From IMG/VR virus record IMGVR_UViG_3300015370_000568, positions 32,001-96,000 of that record: 64,000 nucleotides of DNA; one strand, 5' to 3'. Source of the DNA: a virus. How positions within the stretch are numbered: the stretch's first letter is position 1; each line of letters opens with the position of its first letter. Of the stretch, positions 52,925 through 62,330 are shown in pieces. The position numbers and the translations under genes were made by a program. Under the pieces are notes generated by a model. It was given only the letters and a program-made list of their open reading frames with translations, was not told where the DNA came from and ran no database searches.

Positions 52925-55165
52925 CTATTGAGTTACTCTTACACTCCACCTGGTAAACATTGGAGTAACATCAGGATCTCGTGTCGAAAGTACAGCAGCA
53001 AACATTACACTATCCCAAGTCTGCTTGGCTCTGGTAAATTCTACCACGAATCTCTCATTCTTGAAATCATCGTCTTGTGGATTGAATTTTACTAGAATAC
53101 CTGTAGCAAATTCATCAGCTGCAATACCATAATAGATCCTGGGCTTCCAGGCGAAAATCCCATAATTATCATCAGGTTGGCCGTTAAAAGTAGAAGCATC
53201 CACCCGTTTCAAATAGTTCCCTGCCCATCTATCTGCTCCAATATACACCTTGTGAGCTGTAGGGAAACTAGCTCCATACTGATATCCCTCAATCAATAGT
53301 TTATGATTGTAAGGGAAAAGTGGATCTAACCTGTAAAGATCAAAGTTATCAGTAGCTCCTTGAGTTACATTTCGCCAATACTTTTCATGACTCTTTACCG
53401 TATGAACTCCATACGGAATTAAAACTCCTCCAGATTGAGGCGCTAGACCATCAATAATCATCTCTGTATCGCCTAGCTCTAAAGCTAAACCATGAGGATT
53501 ATCAACCCATATCGCACTAATATAGTAAGGAGCTTCGAATCTCCATCCACGTAATTTATCTCTGACTTCTTCTGTTGTCCCTAATTCACCTACATTGCGC
53601 CAGACATGGATATTATCGGGGACTACACCTAAATCTGGGTCAAATAGATGACTTAGAACTGCATTTACTGGTTTGGCCGGAACAAAACATTTTTCAGGAG
53701 CTGTAACACTAGTTCCTGTAACTGTCTCTGTGATAGTATTCCAGGCTACTAATGTGAAATATCGTCCTGGAATAACTTCTCGCCAATCTGTTTTTGTATT
53801 GTCGTAAGGAATACTTACATCTTCAATGATATATCGACCTGCTTCAGCAAAATCAATAATCTGAGGCTTAGTAGGAGAGAGTCTATTGATAGGGTCAATA
53901 CTTTGCCAGCTAGCTCCTTCGTCTACACTGAGGAAGTAGTTGATGATGGTGCCTTCTGGCACATCTTCACAGACTTCACATGAAGCCCGGTTGAATCTAA
54001 ACGTCCCTGTATCCGCATAGTCAGAGACAGAAGAAAGCAGGTTGCTGCCAGTAGTAGGTTTGAGGGCCACTGTTTGATAGAAAGCCCGCTTTGTTGTGTC
54101 ATATGTATCATGCCAGAGAGAGATTTCTTTTGCGCCAAATTCATAGACAAAACTCCCCCGCTGTTCATAATCATAGTTGTCTTTTTGAAACAATATCTTT
54201 ACATACTTAGCTGATACCTTTGGAAAAACAAAAGTTACTGCTTCATCAGCTGTCTTTGCTAAGTTAGTATTGGGGAAGAAATACCAGTTCTTTGAGTCAT
54301 CTGAATACTGAGGAGTTACTTGAGTAACAGTATGAGGAGTAACAGTATGAAGAAGAACATCCAGCCTCGAAAACTCTAGAGCCTCATCACCTAATTTGAA
54401 GACTAAAGAACCAGAAACTTTACCTGGCTCAGCCATACGAACAATATGTTTCCATACCTGTTCAACTGGAGTGAAAGCATAGACTAGTCTAGCACTAGGA
54501 GCTAATGACGAAGACAGCATACCTTTCAAGCTCTGGATTTTGAAAGAAATGTCGCGTTCTTCAATATCCCATAGAGCTAACTTGCCAGTAGCAGAAGTGC
54601 CAGATGTATCTGGCGGGAAACTAACCATATGTTTCCCTGTATCTAGCTTAACAGAAAGAAAATCTCCTTGAGCAATATTGCCGCCACCAAGAGATTCAGC
54701 AAGAGTCTGAGCTAATACACTAGCTACTTTTTTGAAACTATCGGCCGATCTGAAATTATCTCCGATATGACTATGATAGCCAGTTGTATCACTTATTCTA
54801 TGCAACAACCTCTCAACTCTATCAGTCAAGTCATCAATCTCTTGTTCAGATGATTGTAATTCGGCATCCCATCTATCAGACAGCATGACACTCTGGTCTA
54901 CAAGACGTAAAGTAGCATCATAAATAGCTTCGAAATCTGTTTTCATCTTCTCGAGCATATCTTTCCAACTAGCAGCACTACTTTCTGTTCCAACAGTTAC
55001 TTTAGCTACAGTCTTTGATGTCAACGGAGTAGATAAATCATTATCATCCAGATAGACTTCTAAAGCACTATCGACTGTATCTCCTTCTAAAGGAGTTCCA
55101 GCTTCCAGGATTTCCTGAATCAAGGAAGAAAGAATCCGCAGCTTATAGACGTCTTCTATTCGCAT
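52925..55165 (-). CDS. putative baseplate-associated structural protein (paralogue A)
   Basis: Helical N-term, discoidin-like VSAKYVKILF, YEFGAKEI, C-term TPMFTRWSV. Confidence 0.65.
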   Translation of the reverse strand: MRIEDVYKLRILSSLIQEILEAGTPLEGDTVDSALEVYLDDNDLSTPLTSKTVAKVTVGTESSAASWKDMLEKMKTDFEAIYDATLRLVDQSVMLSDRWDAELQSSEQEIDDLTDRVERLLHRISDTTGYHSHIGDNFRSADSFKKVASVLAQTLAESLGGGNIAQGDFLSVKLDTGKHMVSFPPDTSGTSATGKLALWDIEERDISFKIQSLKGMLSSSLAPSARLVYAFTPVEQVWKHIVRMAEPGKVSGSLVFKLGDEALEFSRLDVLLHTVTPHTVTQVTPQYSDDSKNWYFFPNTNLAKTADEAVTFVFPKVSAKYVKILFQKDNYDYEQRGSFVYEFGAKEISLWHDTYDTTKRAFYQTVALKPTTGSNLLSSVSDYADTGTFRFNRASCEVCEDVPEGTIINYFLSVDEGASWQSIDPINRLSPTKPQIIDFAEAGRYIIEDVSIPYDNTKTDWREVIPGRYFTLVAWNTITETVTGTSVTAPEKCFVPAKPVNAVLSHLFDPDLGVVPDNIHVWRNVGELGTTEEVRDKLRGWRFEAPYYISAIWVDNPHGLALELGDTEMIIDGLAPQSGGVLIPYGVHTVKSHEKYWRNVTQGATDNFDLYRLDPLFPYNHKLLIEGYQYGASFPTAHKVYIGADRWAGNYLKRVDASTFNGQPDDNYGIFAWKPRIYYGIAADEFATGILVKFNPQDDDFKNERFVVEFTRAKQTWDSVMFAAVLSTRDPDVTPMFTRWSVRVTQ

Positions 55166-58100
55166 CTAGGTAATCATCCTGTCTTGTGTCACAATTTGCA
55201 ATGAATATCCTCTGAGAATCGGACTGAAATACTTACCCAATTCTGCTAAAGCTTCTGGCTGCATAGCGTTATAAGTATATGTCACATACAGCCGCTGCTG
55301 ACCATATACTGATTGTCCCTTTTCCATTGGAACAGTCAATCCAGGATGAAAAGAAGAACCCCCTGAACTAGCAATATCTGCAAAATCTTTGACTGCTGTT
55401 GCCGCCAAATTCAATTTAGTCCCGTTAACCGCAAAATCATCCGACAATAGCTTCATCCCTATATCATACTCAGCCAATATGTATAGGAACTGATAATCTA
55501 CTGTTAAAGATGCGGTAAAATTACCCCAAATATAGAGAATACCATGAGCATAGTCGACCATATAGGTACCGCCATCCTCAAGTTCTCTGGTGGGGTCAAG
55601 ATATGTATAGGAGACTGTCCCGTAATCAGCTGGTAGAGCTCCGTCTATTCGTACAACAATCGTCCGATTATCTGCCTTAAACGTCCAATCTCCATCTGTC
55701 GTCAAAGCAGCAAGGTTGACCTTATATGTCTTGAATACAGAAGTATTGGAAAACTGAGCTGTATTAGGCATTGCTGCTTTGAAAGTAGTCATCTTCATTC
55801 TATAAAGAACTGGAGCTTCTATCCCGTCATATTCAAGAATTTCATTAGCCGCTACACGAGTATATAGTTTGGAATCAAAAGGGACTTCCTTGGTCAAATT
55901 GGCAGCTTCACTACCTGTAAACCGTAGACTTCCTTTCACGATGGATTCGTGTCCTAGGAAGAGAGCTTCAAGATCGTTCCCTGAAGGAGAAAGAACAATC
56001 GAAGCGGAGATAGGATGGAAGGCTTGCGGTTTTAGACGAATCTGATCAGGCTTGCCAGGAATAATCTCGAAAGCATCACTTCCTAGGACTTCTGCATCTA
56101 CATAATCAAACTGTGCCGCATCATGCGGCCTGGCATAATCGTATGTATGGACATAACCATTCATTAAATCTGCTGTCCATTCACCAGGATTAGCTAAATT
56201 CGTAGCAAAAATGCCAGCAAAATCTTGCGGGTTTGCATCATATCCTGGAGACCACCCTGTTGATAACAGTTTGATGGAATCCATGATGATATTCTTATAG
56301 CCGAGATCATGTGTAGTCTCGCCTGGTTGTAAAGGAACTAATGCACCTGTCTTTTTACCTTTGACTGCTTTAAGAACTAATCCGCCACCACCCACAAAGG
56401 CAGGAGCATGTTCCAAATAGGCTATATCGCCATCAACAAGAAGTTTCTCTGGTGAGAAATAGATTTCGAAATCCATGGGGATATAGTTAGCAGAATCAAC
56501 TGTCCAGGGGTCAAGAGGATTCATATTGAAGACATGAAGATCTATTGACCCTGTTGCTCTGTCGATTGAATACTGTGTAGGTTGTAGCCAGCCATAATCT
56601 TTCATCTTGACGAGAATAGTATTCTCATATTCAGGACTACCAAGAGTAGGAAAAGAACCAGCAGGAATATCAAGACCTGAAGAAGTTACAATTTCACTAT
56701 ATTGCCGCCGCATTTGTTTACGCGGCCCATAAGCTCTAAACCCTCTCCCTTCATCTATCATGCCATTCAATGAATCAACTTTTGAAGTAGTCTTTGACTC
56801 TCGTTGAGCATACTGAGGTAACTGAAGTAGAGAACGACCCGTAGCTGTAATCTTCATTGGATTGGACCAACGTCCCTTTGACCCAAAGAAAGAACCAGAG
56901 AAAACTACATTCACATCACTAATTGGCTTATGTTGTAGAGTTACTGAGAAAGGAGATTCAGTTGGGAAATTGAAACTCTCTACCATTACTCGAGGCATTT
57001 CACGGAAAGTACCTGAACCCTGGAAAGCTCCACTATTACGACGAAGAATAGCTTTGTATCTCAACTCTGTAGGAGAAATATCTCCTGTACTGAGAGCTCC
57101 ATCTTCTGGACCATTAAGATTCAAAACTTCAGGGATATCAGGAGACCCAACAAACTTAGCTGGCTTGATTCTATGCCAACTAGCACCTTTATTCCAAGAA
57201 ATCAGATGTTCAATGGCGCAAAAGTCATTCTCGGAAGCTGGATTCTGAGCAGTTTTGATGAATACTTTTCTAGCCGGAGAGGTCAAAGAAATAGGCTTAG
57301 AAAGAATAGCCCCAGTATCCTTATAGACATTCCCTCTAATTTCAACATCTCTGATTCCAATCGCATATCGTAACCGCTGACCAGCAGTTGTCTCAATACT
57401 ATAGGCTTCGTTCTGACTTAACTGAAAACGAAGATACTTGGCTTTCCGAGGAAGACACATGTAAATGCCAATACCAGAAAACTTACCTCCAGCAGGGCCT
57501 AGACGAAAAGTATTGTCTTCATCATCGATAACAAAATCGCCAAATGGTACTTCATCTTTGATTGATAACCATTCAGAACCATCAACCGAAGACTCTATCT
57601 CCACAACCCGAGAAGTCCTGGCAGTACCAAAGTTGTTTGGATTGATTCTTACTTCATTGATAATACTTGTCTGGGCTAAAGTGGCAATAACTGTCAATAA
57701 TAGCGGTCCTGTAGATTCATCTTCTTTATCATCTACCCGCTCATACTCTGCCCATGTATCAGGGTTATTATCGAGAATATCCCCAAGAGTACCATGATAT
57801 TCAGCACCAATTTCCTGGTTGTTTCCAATAACCCCATTACCCGTAACAGTCACTGTAGCAATATTGATATTACTCGGAGCAGTTGTGTCTAACGGTAGAA
57901 CAACTACCCCATCAGCATCATTGATGCAACACAAGTCTTCTGTCAGAAGTGGAGAAGCCATATCTAATCTGGATAGATTGTCAAAACTGTCTCCCCAAAC
58001 ATAGGCATCTGTCATACCATTACGGAACATAGTAAGGTCGACTAGTCTAGAAGCAGTAAGTTGAGCTTTGTTTCTGACTCGGCCAAGCCGAGAAGTAGCT

Positions 58101-58432
58101 ATATTCCAGCCTTCAACAATAGATGCTCCAAGAGTTTCTAAGAGACCTAAGACTACTTCCATATTGGAGATATAGTCATTGATATTACCAGGAATATGTT
58201 CTTCTATTAACCTGCCCCAAGAAGTAGGAATATAGGGTTCAAAAGAAAGACCACCACCTTCATCATTAGCAAACTGAACCTTCTGCATCATCTCGGTAGT
58301 AGCTCGAAATAACTCTTCTCTAGTAGTAGCATCAGAAGAAGACACTACATCTTGTACAGACTTCTGTAATGCTCGTAATTGTTCTTGAATAAGCCAAGGG
58401 CCTGGCCGACGATTGAATTTATTCCTCATCAA
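55166..58432 (-). CDS. putative baseplate-associated structural protein (paralogue B)
   Basis: RKAKYLRFQL, YAIGIRDV, repeated Y.VDY..G.L motifs, C-term SPILRGYSL. Confidence 0.65.
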   Translation of the reverse strand: MMRNKFNRRPGPWLIQEQLRALQKSVQDVVSSSDATTREELFRATTEMMQKVQFANDEGGGLSFEPYIPTSWGRLIEEHIPGNINDYISNMEVVLGLLETLGASIVEGWNIATSRLGRVRNKAQLTASRLVDLTMFRNGMTDAYVWGDSFDNLSRLDMASPLLTEDLCCINDADGVVVLPLDTTAPSNINIATVTVTGNGVIGNNQEIGAEYHGTLGDILDNNPDTWAEYERVDDKEDESTGPLLLTVIATLAQTSIINEVRINPNNFGTARTSRVVEIESSVDGSEWLSIKDEVPFGDFVIDDEDNTFRLGPAGGKFSGIGIYMCLPRKAKYLRFQLSQNEAYSIETTAGQRLRYAIGIRDVEIRGNVYKDTGAILSKPISLTSPARKVFIKTAQNPASENDFCAIEHLISWNKGASWHRIKPAKFVGSPDIPEVLNLNGPEDGALSTGDISPTELRYKAILRRNSGAFQGSGTFREMPRVMVESFNFPTESPFSVTLQHKPISDVNVVFSGSFFGSKGRWSNPMKITATGRSLLQLPQYAQRESKTTSKVDSLNGMIDEGRGFRAYGPRKQMRRQYSEIVTSSGLDIPAGSFPTLGSPEYENTILVKMKDYGWLQPTQYSIDRATGSIDLHVFNMNPLDPWTVDSANYIPMDFEIYFSPEKLLVDGDIAYLEHAPAFVGGGGLVLKAVKGKKTGALVPLQPGETTHDLGYKNIIMDSIKLLSTGWSPGYDANPQDFAGIFATNLANPGEWTADLMNGYVHTYDYARPHDAAQFDYVDAEVLGSDAFEIIPGKPDQIRLKPQAFHPISASIVLSPSGNDLEALFLGHESIVKGSLRFTGSEAANLTKEVPFDSKLYTRVAANEILEYDGIEAPVLYRMKMTTFKAAMPNTAQFSNTSVFKTYKVNLAALTTDGDWTFKADNRTIVVRIDGALPADYGTVSYTYLDPTRELEDGGTYMVDYAHGILYIWGNFTASLTVDYQFLYILAEYDIGMKLLSDDFAVNGTKLNLAATAVKDFADIASSGGSSFHPGLTVPMEKGQSVYGQQRLYVTYTYNAMQPEALAELGKYFSPILRGYSLQIVTQDRMIT

Positions 58433-60533
58433 CAGGCCTCTCGAAAGCTACCAAACGGAAGTTTTTTAGCACAGGCGTTACTCCTGGAAACCTACCTTTA
58501 CCATTATTGCGTAACATAACGATTACTGCAACTTCCGAAGCAACCACATTCTGGTCATCTTCAGCATCAAACTCATAAAAACCATGTTCATTAACTGTTA
58601 GACTGGTATCTCCCAACACATCTAAGTAGTGTAATAGAGCTGTGTTTTCTGAGTCTTGAGGCTTACCATTCAGATTACTAAATTCACCCCGATACATAGC
58701 AACATAAGCACTTTCTCTGACTGGACTGGTCAAGAAGATACCTAATTGCATCGGCGCACCATTATTGATAGCTACATTGCTATATGTAGCTGAAGCTTGC
58801 CAAGCTGTTTCTCTTTGACCATCACGGAAAATGAATAAGTTCTGCTTCAAAGTAGCAAGGTCAGTAGCTGCTACACCTGTTGGCCACCAACCGAAAGGCA
58901 TAAATCGTAACATCCCAACATCATTTGAAGAAGCAGTAGACCCTGACTCTTTTTTGGTCAATAAGAGACGGTCACAAGTATATCGACCGATAAATAAAGG
59001 CATGACAGGAAATACTTCTCGCCTTAATAGCTTAGTCTTATCCTTGTCAGCATAATCCCATTTACATAGATAGAACTCAATTGACCCTAACATCTCAGAA
59101 GGGTCAACAGTCGCAATATCAACTGGCATGAAATCACTAACAGTATCGGTATATTGAACATCTAAAGAAGTCAATTCTCGATATGGAAGTAACCAGTCAC
59201 CAGCAATACCAATAGAAGCAAGTCGTCCAAAATTGACTGGCCGACTGACAAATATTCCTTTCTCTTCGAAAGAAGCTAATCCTACATAAACATTATCAAT
59301 ACCCAGAAAATACTCTACATACTCTCGCTCACTAAATGTCTGTTCTACTAACCCCATTACTTCTTGAACTTTTGCTGTCGGGAAAGTCCCATACAATAGT
59401 TCTTCAAGTGCTGATTGAGCTGTCTCTGCATCTGTCTGTTCATGGTCGGAAGCAGTTAAGAATGTCACTGTTCTATATGACCGACTTTCAAAGGTAAGCT
59501 TCACCTTAGTTGCTTGAGCTGTTGCAAAATGCAATACTCTAGCTCCACGAAGGCGAATACCACCATCAAAAGTAGTAGTCTCCCATAATGTTGTCCACGC
59601 CCCCTCTTTGAAAGCTTCAACTGCTACCAAGTAAGCTTCACTAGAAAGAATAGGTTCGATTTCAATGTAATTGAAAGAGACAAGCTCTTGAAACTCAACT
59701 TCTAGTTTATGAAAGACACCTGCAGAAGTAGGTGCTGTAGGATGAGCAGGATCGCCTGACCGAGGAGTAGTTAGAAGGACACTCCTGGCCCAATAAGTCC
59801 CATCTTGGCCATCAATAGCATTAGCTGGACCGAGATCATCAAGATCCACAGCATATTCAGATGCTTGAGAGGGACGAGAACCTGTATTTTCTACAATAAC
59901 CCTGGCCGACCTTGGTCTATGAATCCTTGAAGCTTTAATAGGTAGTTTCAGTTCATCATTCTTGCCTAAAGAACAATCAAGTTTTCTAGGAACATCTGTA
60001 GCTGTCAAGGGGTCAACATAGAGAAGCCGATAATCTCTTTGTGCCCGCTCAGCAAACACAAATTCACCCTCATCAACACGAGCTACCGATGAACCATAAG
60101 TCTGACTATTGAACTGGTTGAGACTAGCCAGTAATTCATGAATTTCTACTTCGCCGCGTAATCTAGTAATGATTTTCTTTAAGTCTTGCGAAACTGCTTT
60201 GAACATCAAAGTCTTTTGGGCAGTTAGGATTCTGTCAATATTGTTGACTTCTTCAAAAGCAGCCAGAAGGTCTGAAGAAAGGAGAGAAAGAGTATTATTA
60301 AGAGCCGGCGTCCCTACATTATTTCCTTGAGTAAGCTGTAACTGTTGAGCTAAAGGACTGAGTAGTCTATCTTTAATCTTGGGAATAAGTGACTCTAGTT
60401 CTTTACGATACTCCGATAGAGACCGAAGATTACCTTGGTCTTTATCTAATTGCAGCTTGCCAAATATCTGAGCAGATTGTTCTGCTCCCAAGATATGTCT
60501 AAAGCGTTCAAGATAGTTAGTCTGAAGTGGCAT
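58419..60533 (-). CDS. putative baseplate-associated structural protein (paralogue C)
   Basis: NAIDG...TYW, QATKVKLTF, YFLGIDNV, C-term TPVLKNFRL. Confidence 0.65.
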   Translation of the reverse strand: MPLQTNYLERFRHILGAEQSAQIFGKLQLDKDQGNLRSLSEYRKELESLIPKIKDRLLSPLAQQLQLTQGNNVGTPALNNTLSLLSSDLLAAFEEVNNIDRILTAQKTLMFKAVSQDLKKIITRLRGEVEIHELLASLNQFNSQTYGSSVARVDEGEFVFAERAQRDYRLLYVDPLTATDVPRKLDCSLGKNDELKLPIKASRIHRPRSARVIVENTGSRPSQASEYAVDLDDLGPANAIDGQDGTYWARSVLLTTPRSGDPAHPTAPTSAGVFHKLEVEFQELVSFNYIEIEPILSSEAYLVAVEAFKEGAWTTLWETTTFDGGIRLRGARVLHFATAQATKVKLTFESRSYRTVTFLTASDHEQTDAETAQSALEELLYGTFPTAKVQEVMGLVEQTFSEREYVEYFLGIDNVYVGLASFEEKGIFVSRPVNFGRLASIGIAGDWLLPYRELTSLDVQYTDTVSDFMPVDIATVDPSEMLGSIEFYLCKWDYADKDKTKLLRREVFPVMPLFIGRYTCDRLLLTKKESGSTASSNDVGMLRFMPFGWWPTGVAATDLATLKQNLFIFRDGQRETAWQASATYSNVAINNGAPMQLGIFLTSPVRESAYVAMYRGEFSNLNGKPQDSENTALLHYLDVLGDTSLTVNEHGFYEFDAEDDQNVVASEVAVIVMLRNNGKGRFPGVTPVLKNFRLVAFERPVDEE

Positions 60534-60998
60534 TTAGATTGCTACCCTCTCTTCTTCAGAATACCACCGGTTAGGTGTCATGCCTACAGCAACAGCATCA
60601 TGTCCGTCATTAATAGAGACAGTAAACCAAAAGTCAGATGGCCGATTAATCAAAGTAATAGCTCCTTCAACTCCTTCATCTAACTCTGTTTGATTCCATA
60701 ACCTATAGAGCTGGACATGTCCAGCTGGTTCAAGTCTGATTTCTTCTCGAGTCCATCCTATAGCATCTCCAACTTGTCTTTGAAGAATACGTCTACTACC
60801 ATGACAACAAAACCAGTATAACCCCTTTCCTTCTATATCTACACGCCAATGAGTAGTCCAACCAGTCTCAAGAGAGAAAGGAAATAATACCCCGGCACCA
60901 GAAAGATAAGTCGAATCATACCAAGTAGCTGTCCCACGAGCAGTAATGACTCCATCGGACAACTGAATCCAATGAGGAGAATTATGGCAATGCAACAT
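60534..60998 (-). CDS. hypothetical protein (start likely 60998 or 61046)
   Basis: AGGA SD before MLHCHNSPH; abuts next gene. Confidence 0.55.
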   Translation of the reverse strand: MLHCHNSPHWIQLSDGVITARGTATWYDSTYLSGAGVLFPFSLETGWTTHWRVDIEGKGLYWFCCHGSRRILQRQVGDAIGWTREEIRLEPAGHVQLYRLWNQTELDEGVEGAITLINRPSDFWFTVSINDGHDAVAVGMTPNRWYSEEERVAI

Positions 60999-61740
60999 GA
61001 TTAAATCCTGTAAAGAAATATCGGTCACTGGTTGCCGGGTCTTCATAAGTACATGCCATTCCGAGGCCAAGAGTACTAAAAAGATGATGGAGAGAAGCTG
61101 CATCAGTAATATCTACCCAAAGCCGCAAAGTTAATACAGAACCAACTGGAAACCATACCTGTGCAATGATATTATTTGGCCAAGGACCCGATGGGGCTGC
61201 CGGCCAAAAAGCTCCCCCTGTGTTAAACCAGTCAAACGCTTGCGGCTGAGCTAATAGAAGGTCAGCTGAACTAGACCCTCTGCCTGTAGTAGGGTAAGGA
61301 GCAATAGGTACTGGAGTTTGCCCGAAAGCTAATTTGTCATTCCATCCACTCTCTGGTGGATTTGGAGAAATAGCATGCAAGAAGTTATAGTAACCTGTTG
61401 CATCTGCAAATTGTATAATGAGCCCTTGTTGGTTAGGAAGGGCATATTGTCCTCCCTTAGTTAGTAAATCACTGACCACAACAGCTCGTTCAGCTTGTGT
61501 AGACGGAACATCTGTTTCGGTTGTATATGGTAACTCTCTCTCTTCTGGTAAAGGATAGAGATAGAACCCAAAATCCCATACATTGACAGCACTATCATTT
61601 CTTATCCGAATAGTTACACTTTCTGTAGCTTCTTCCGTAAGAATTCCCTCGTCAGAAGTATTAATTCCTGGATTCAAAGGAATCTGTTTCTCATTAACCC
61701 CTAAGGTATCTAGTAAGGTGAATTGTATACGCTGTCTCAT
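60982..61740 (-). CDS. putative virion protein
   Basis: GAGGA SD, 252 aa, structural operon. Confidence 0.6.
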   Translation of the reverse strand: MRQRIQFTLLDTLGVNEKQIPLNPGINTSDEGILTEEATESVTIRIRNDSAVNVWDFGFYLYPLPEERELPYTTETDVPSTQAERAVVVSDLLTKGGQYALPNQQGLIIQFADATGYYNFLHAISPNPPESGWNDKLAFGQTPVPIAPYPTTGRGSSSADLLLAQPQAFDWFNTGGAFWPAAPSGPWPNNIIAQVWFPVGSVLTLRLWVDITDAASLHHLFSTLGLGMACTYEDPATSDRYFFTGFNHVALP

Positions 61741-61742
61741 TT

Positions 61743-62330
61743 CTAAGTATCCTCAGGATTAGACAGAAGAGCTGTCCAAACTCCACCAATAGCTTCCAAT
61801 GTACACTTGGTATAGCGAATAGGCCCTAAAGCTGCTGAAGAAGTACTATCGCCATCTATATGATTGGCTCTTACCCAAATGAAATTATCAACCCCACTAA
61901 CAATAGCTACTAAGCCAGAATTTAATCCCGAACTAACAGCTTGTGGCTGATTAGATATTTGCTCAATCCATACTACATCCGGGTTGTTAAAAGGATCGGC
62001 TGTGGCTGTCAAGACATCAAAAGTACTACCCGGCTTCTGGTCTGGCCAAGTTATATTCACTACACCACTAGCAGGAATAGTAGAAACTGCCGAAATAACA
62101 GATGGTTTGGGATTTGTGTAATGAATACAAGGATAAACTCCTGCCGCTACATGTCTTTCACAAATACCTTTGACCATACTCTGAGTAAACTCGCCACTAT
62201 GTTGAACGTCTAGAACCTGGGGAACTCGAAGAATACAAGCTGCAGCACGAGGCATATAGGGACCATCATGGTCTTCAACATCCCATAACTGAAGTAATTC
62301 CCAGATATACTGGGCATACAAAGAGGCCAT
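61743..62330 (-). CDS. putative virion protein (in frame with upstream ORF)
   Basis: WDV..HDG.....ILRVP...RHVAAGVYP then fibronectin-like strands. Confidence 0.6.
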   Translation of the reverse strand: MASLYAQYIWELLQLWDVEDHDGPYMPRAAACILRVPQVLDVQHSGEFTQSMVKGICERHVAAGVYPCIHYTNPKPSVISAVSTIPASGVVNITWPDQKPGSTFDVLTATADPFNNPDVVWIEQISNQPQAVSSGLNSGLVAIVSGVDNFIWVRANHIDGDSTSSAALGPIRYTKCTLEAIGGVWTALLSNPEDT

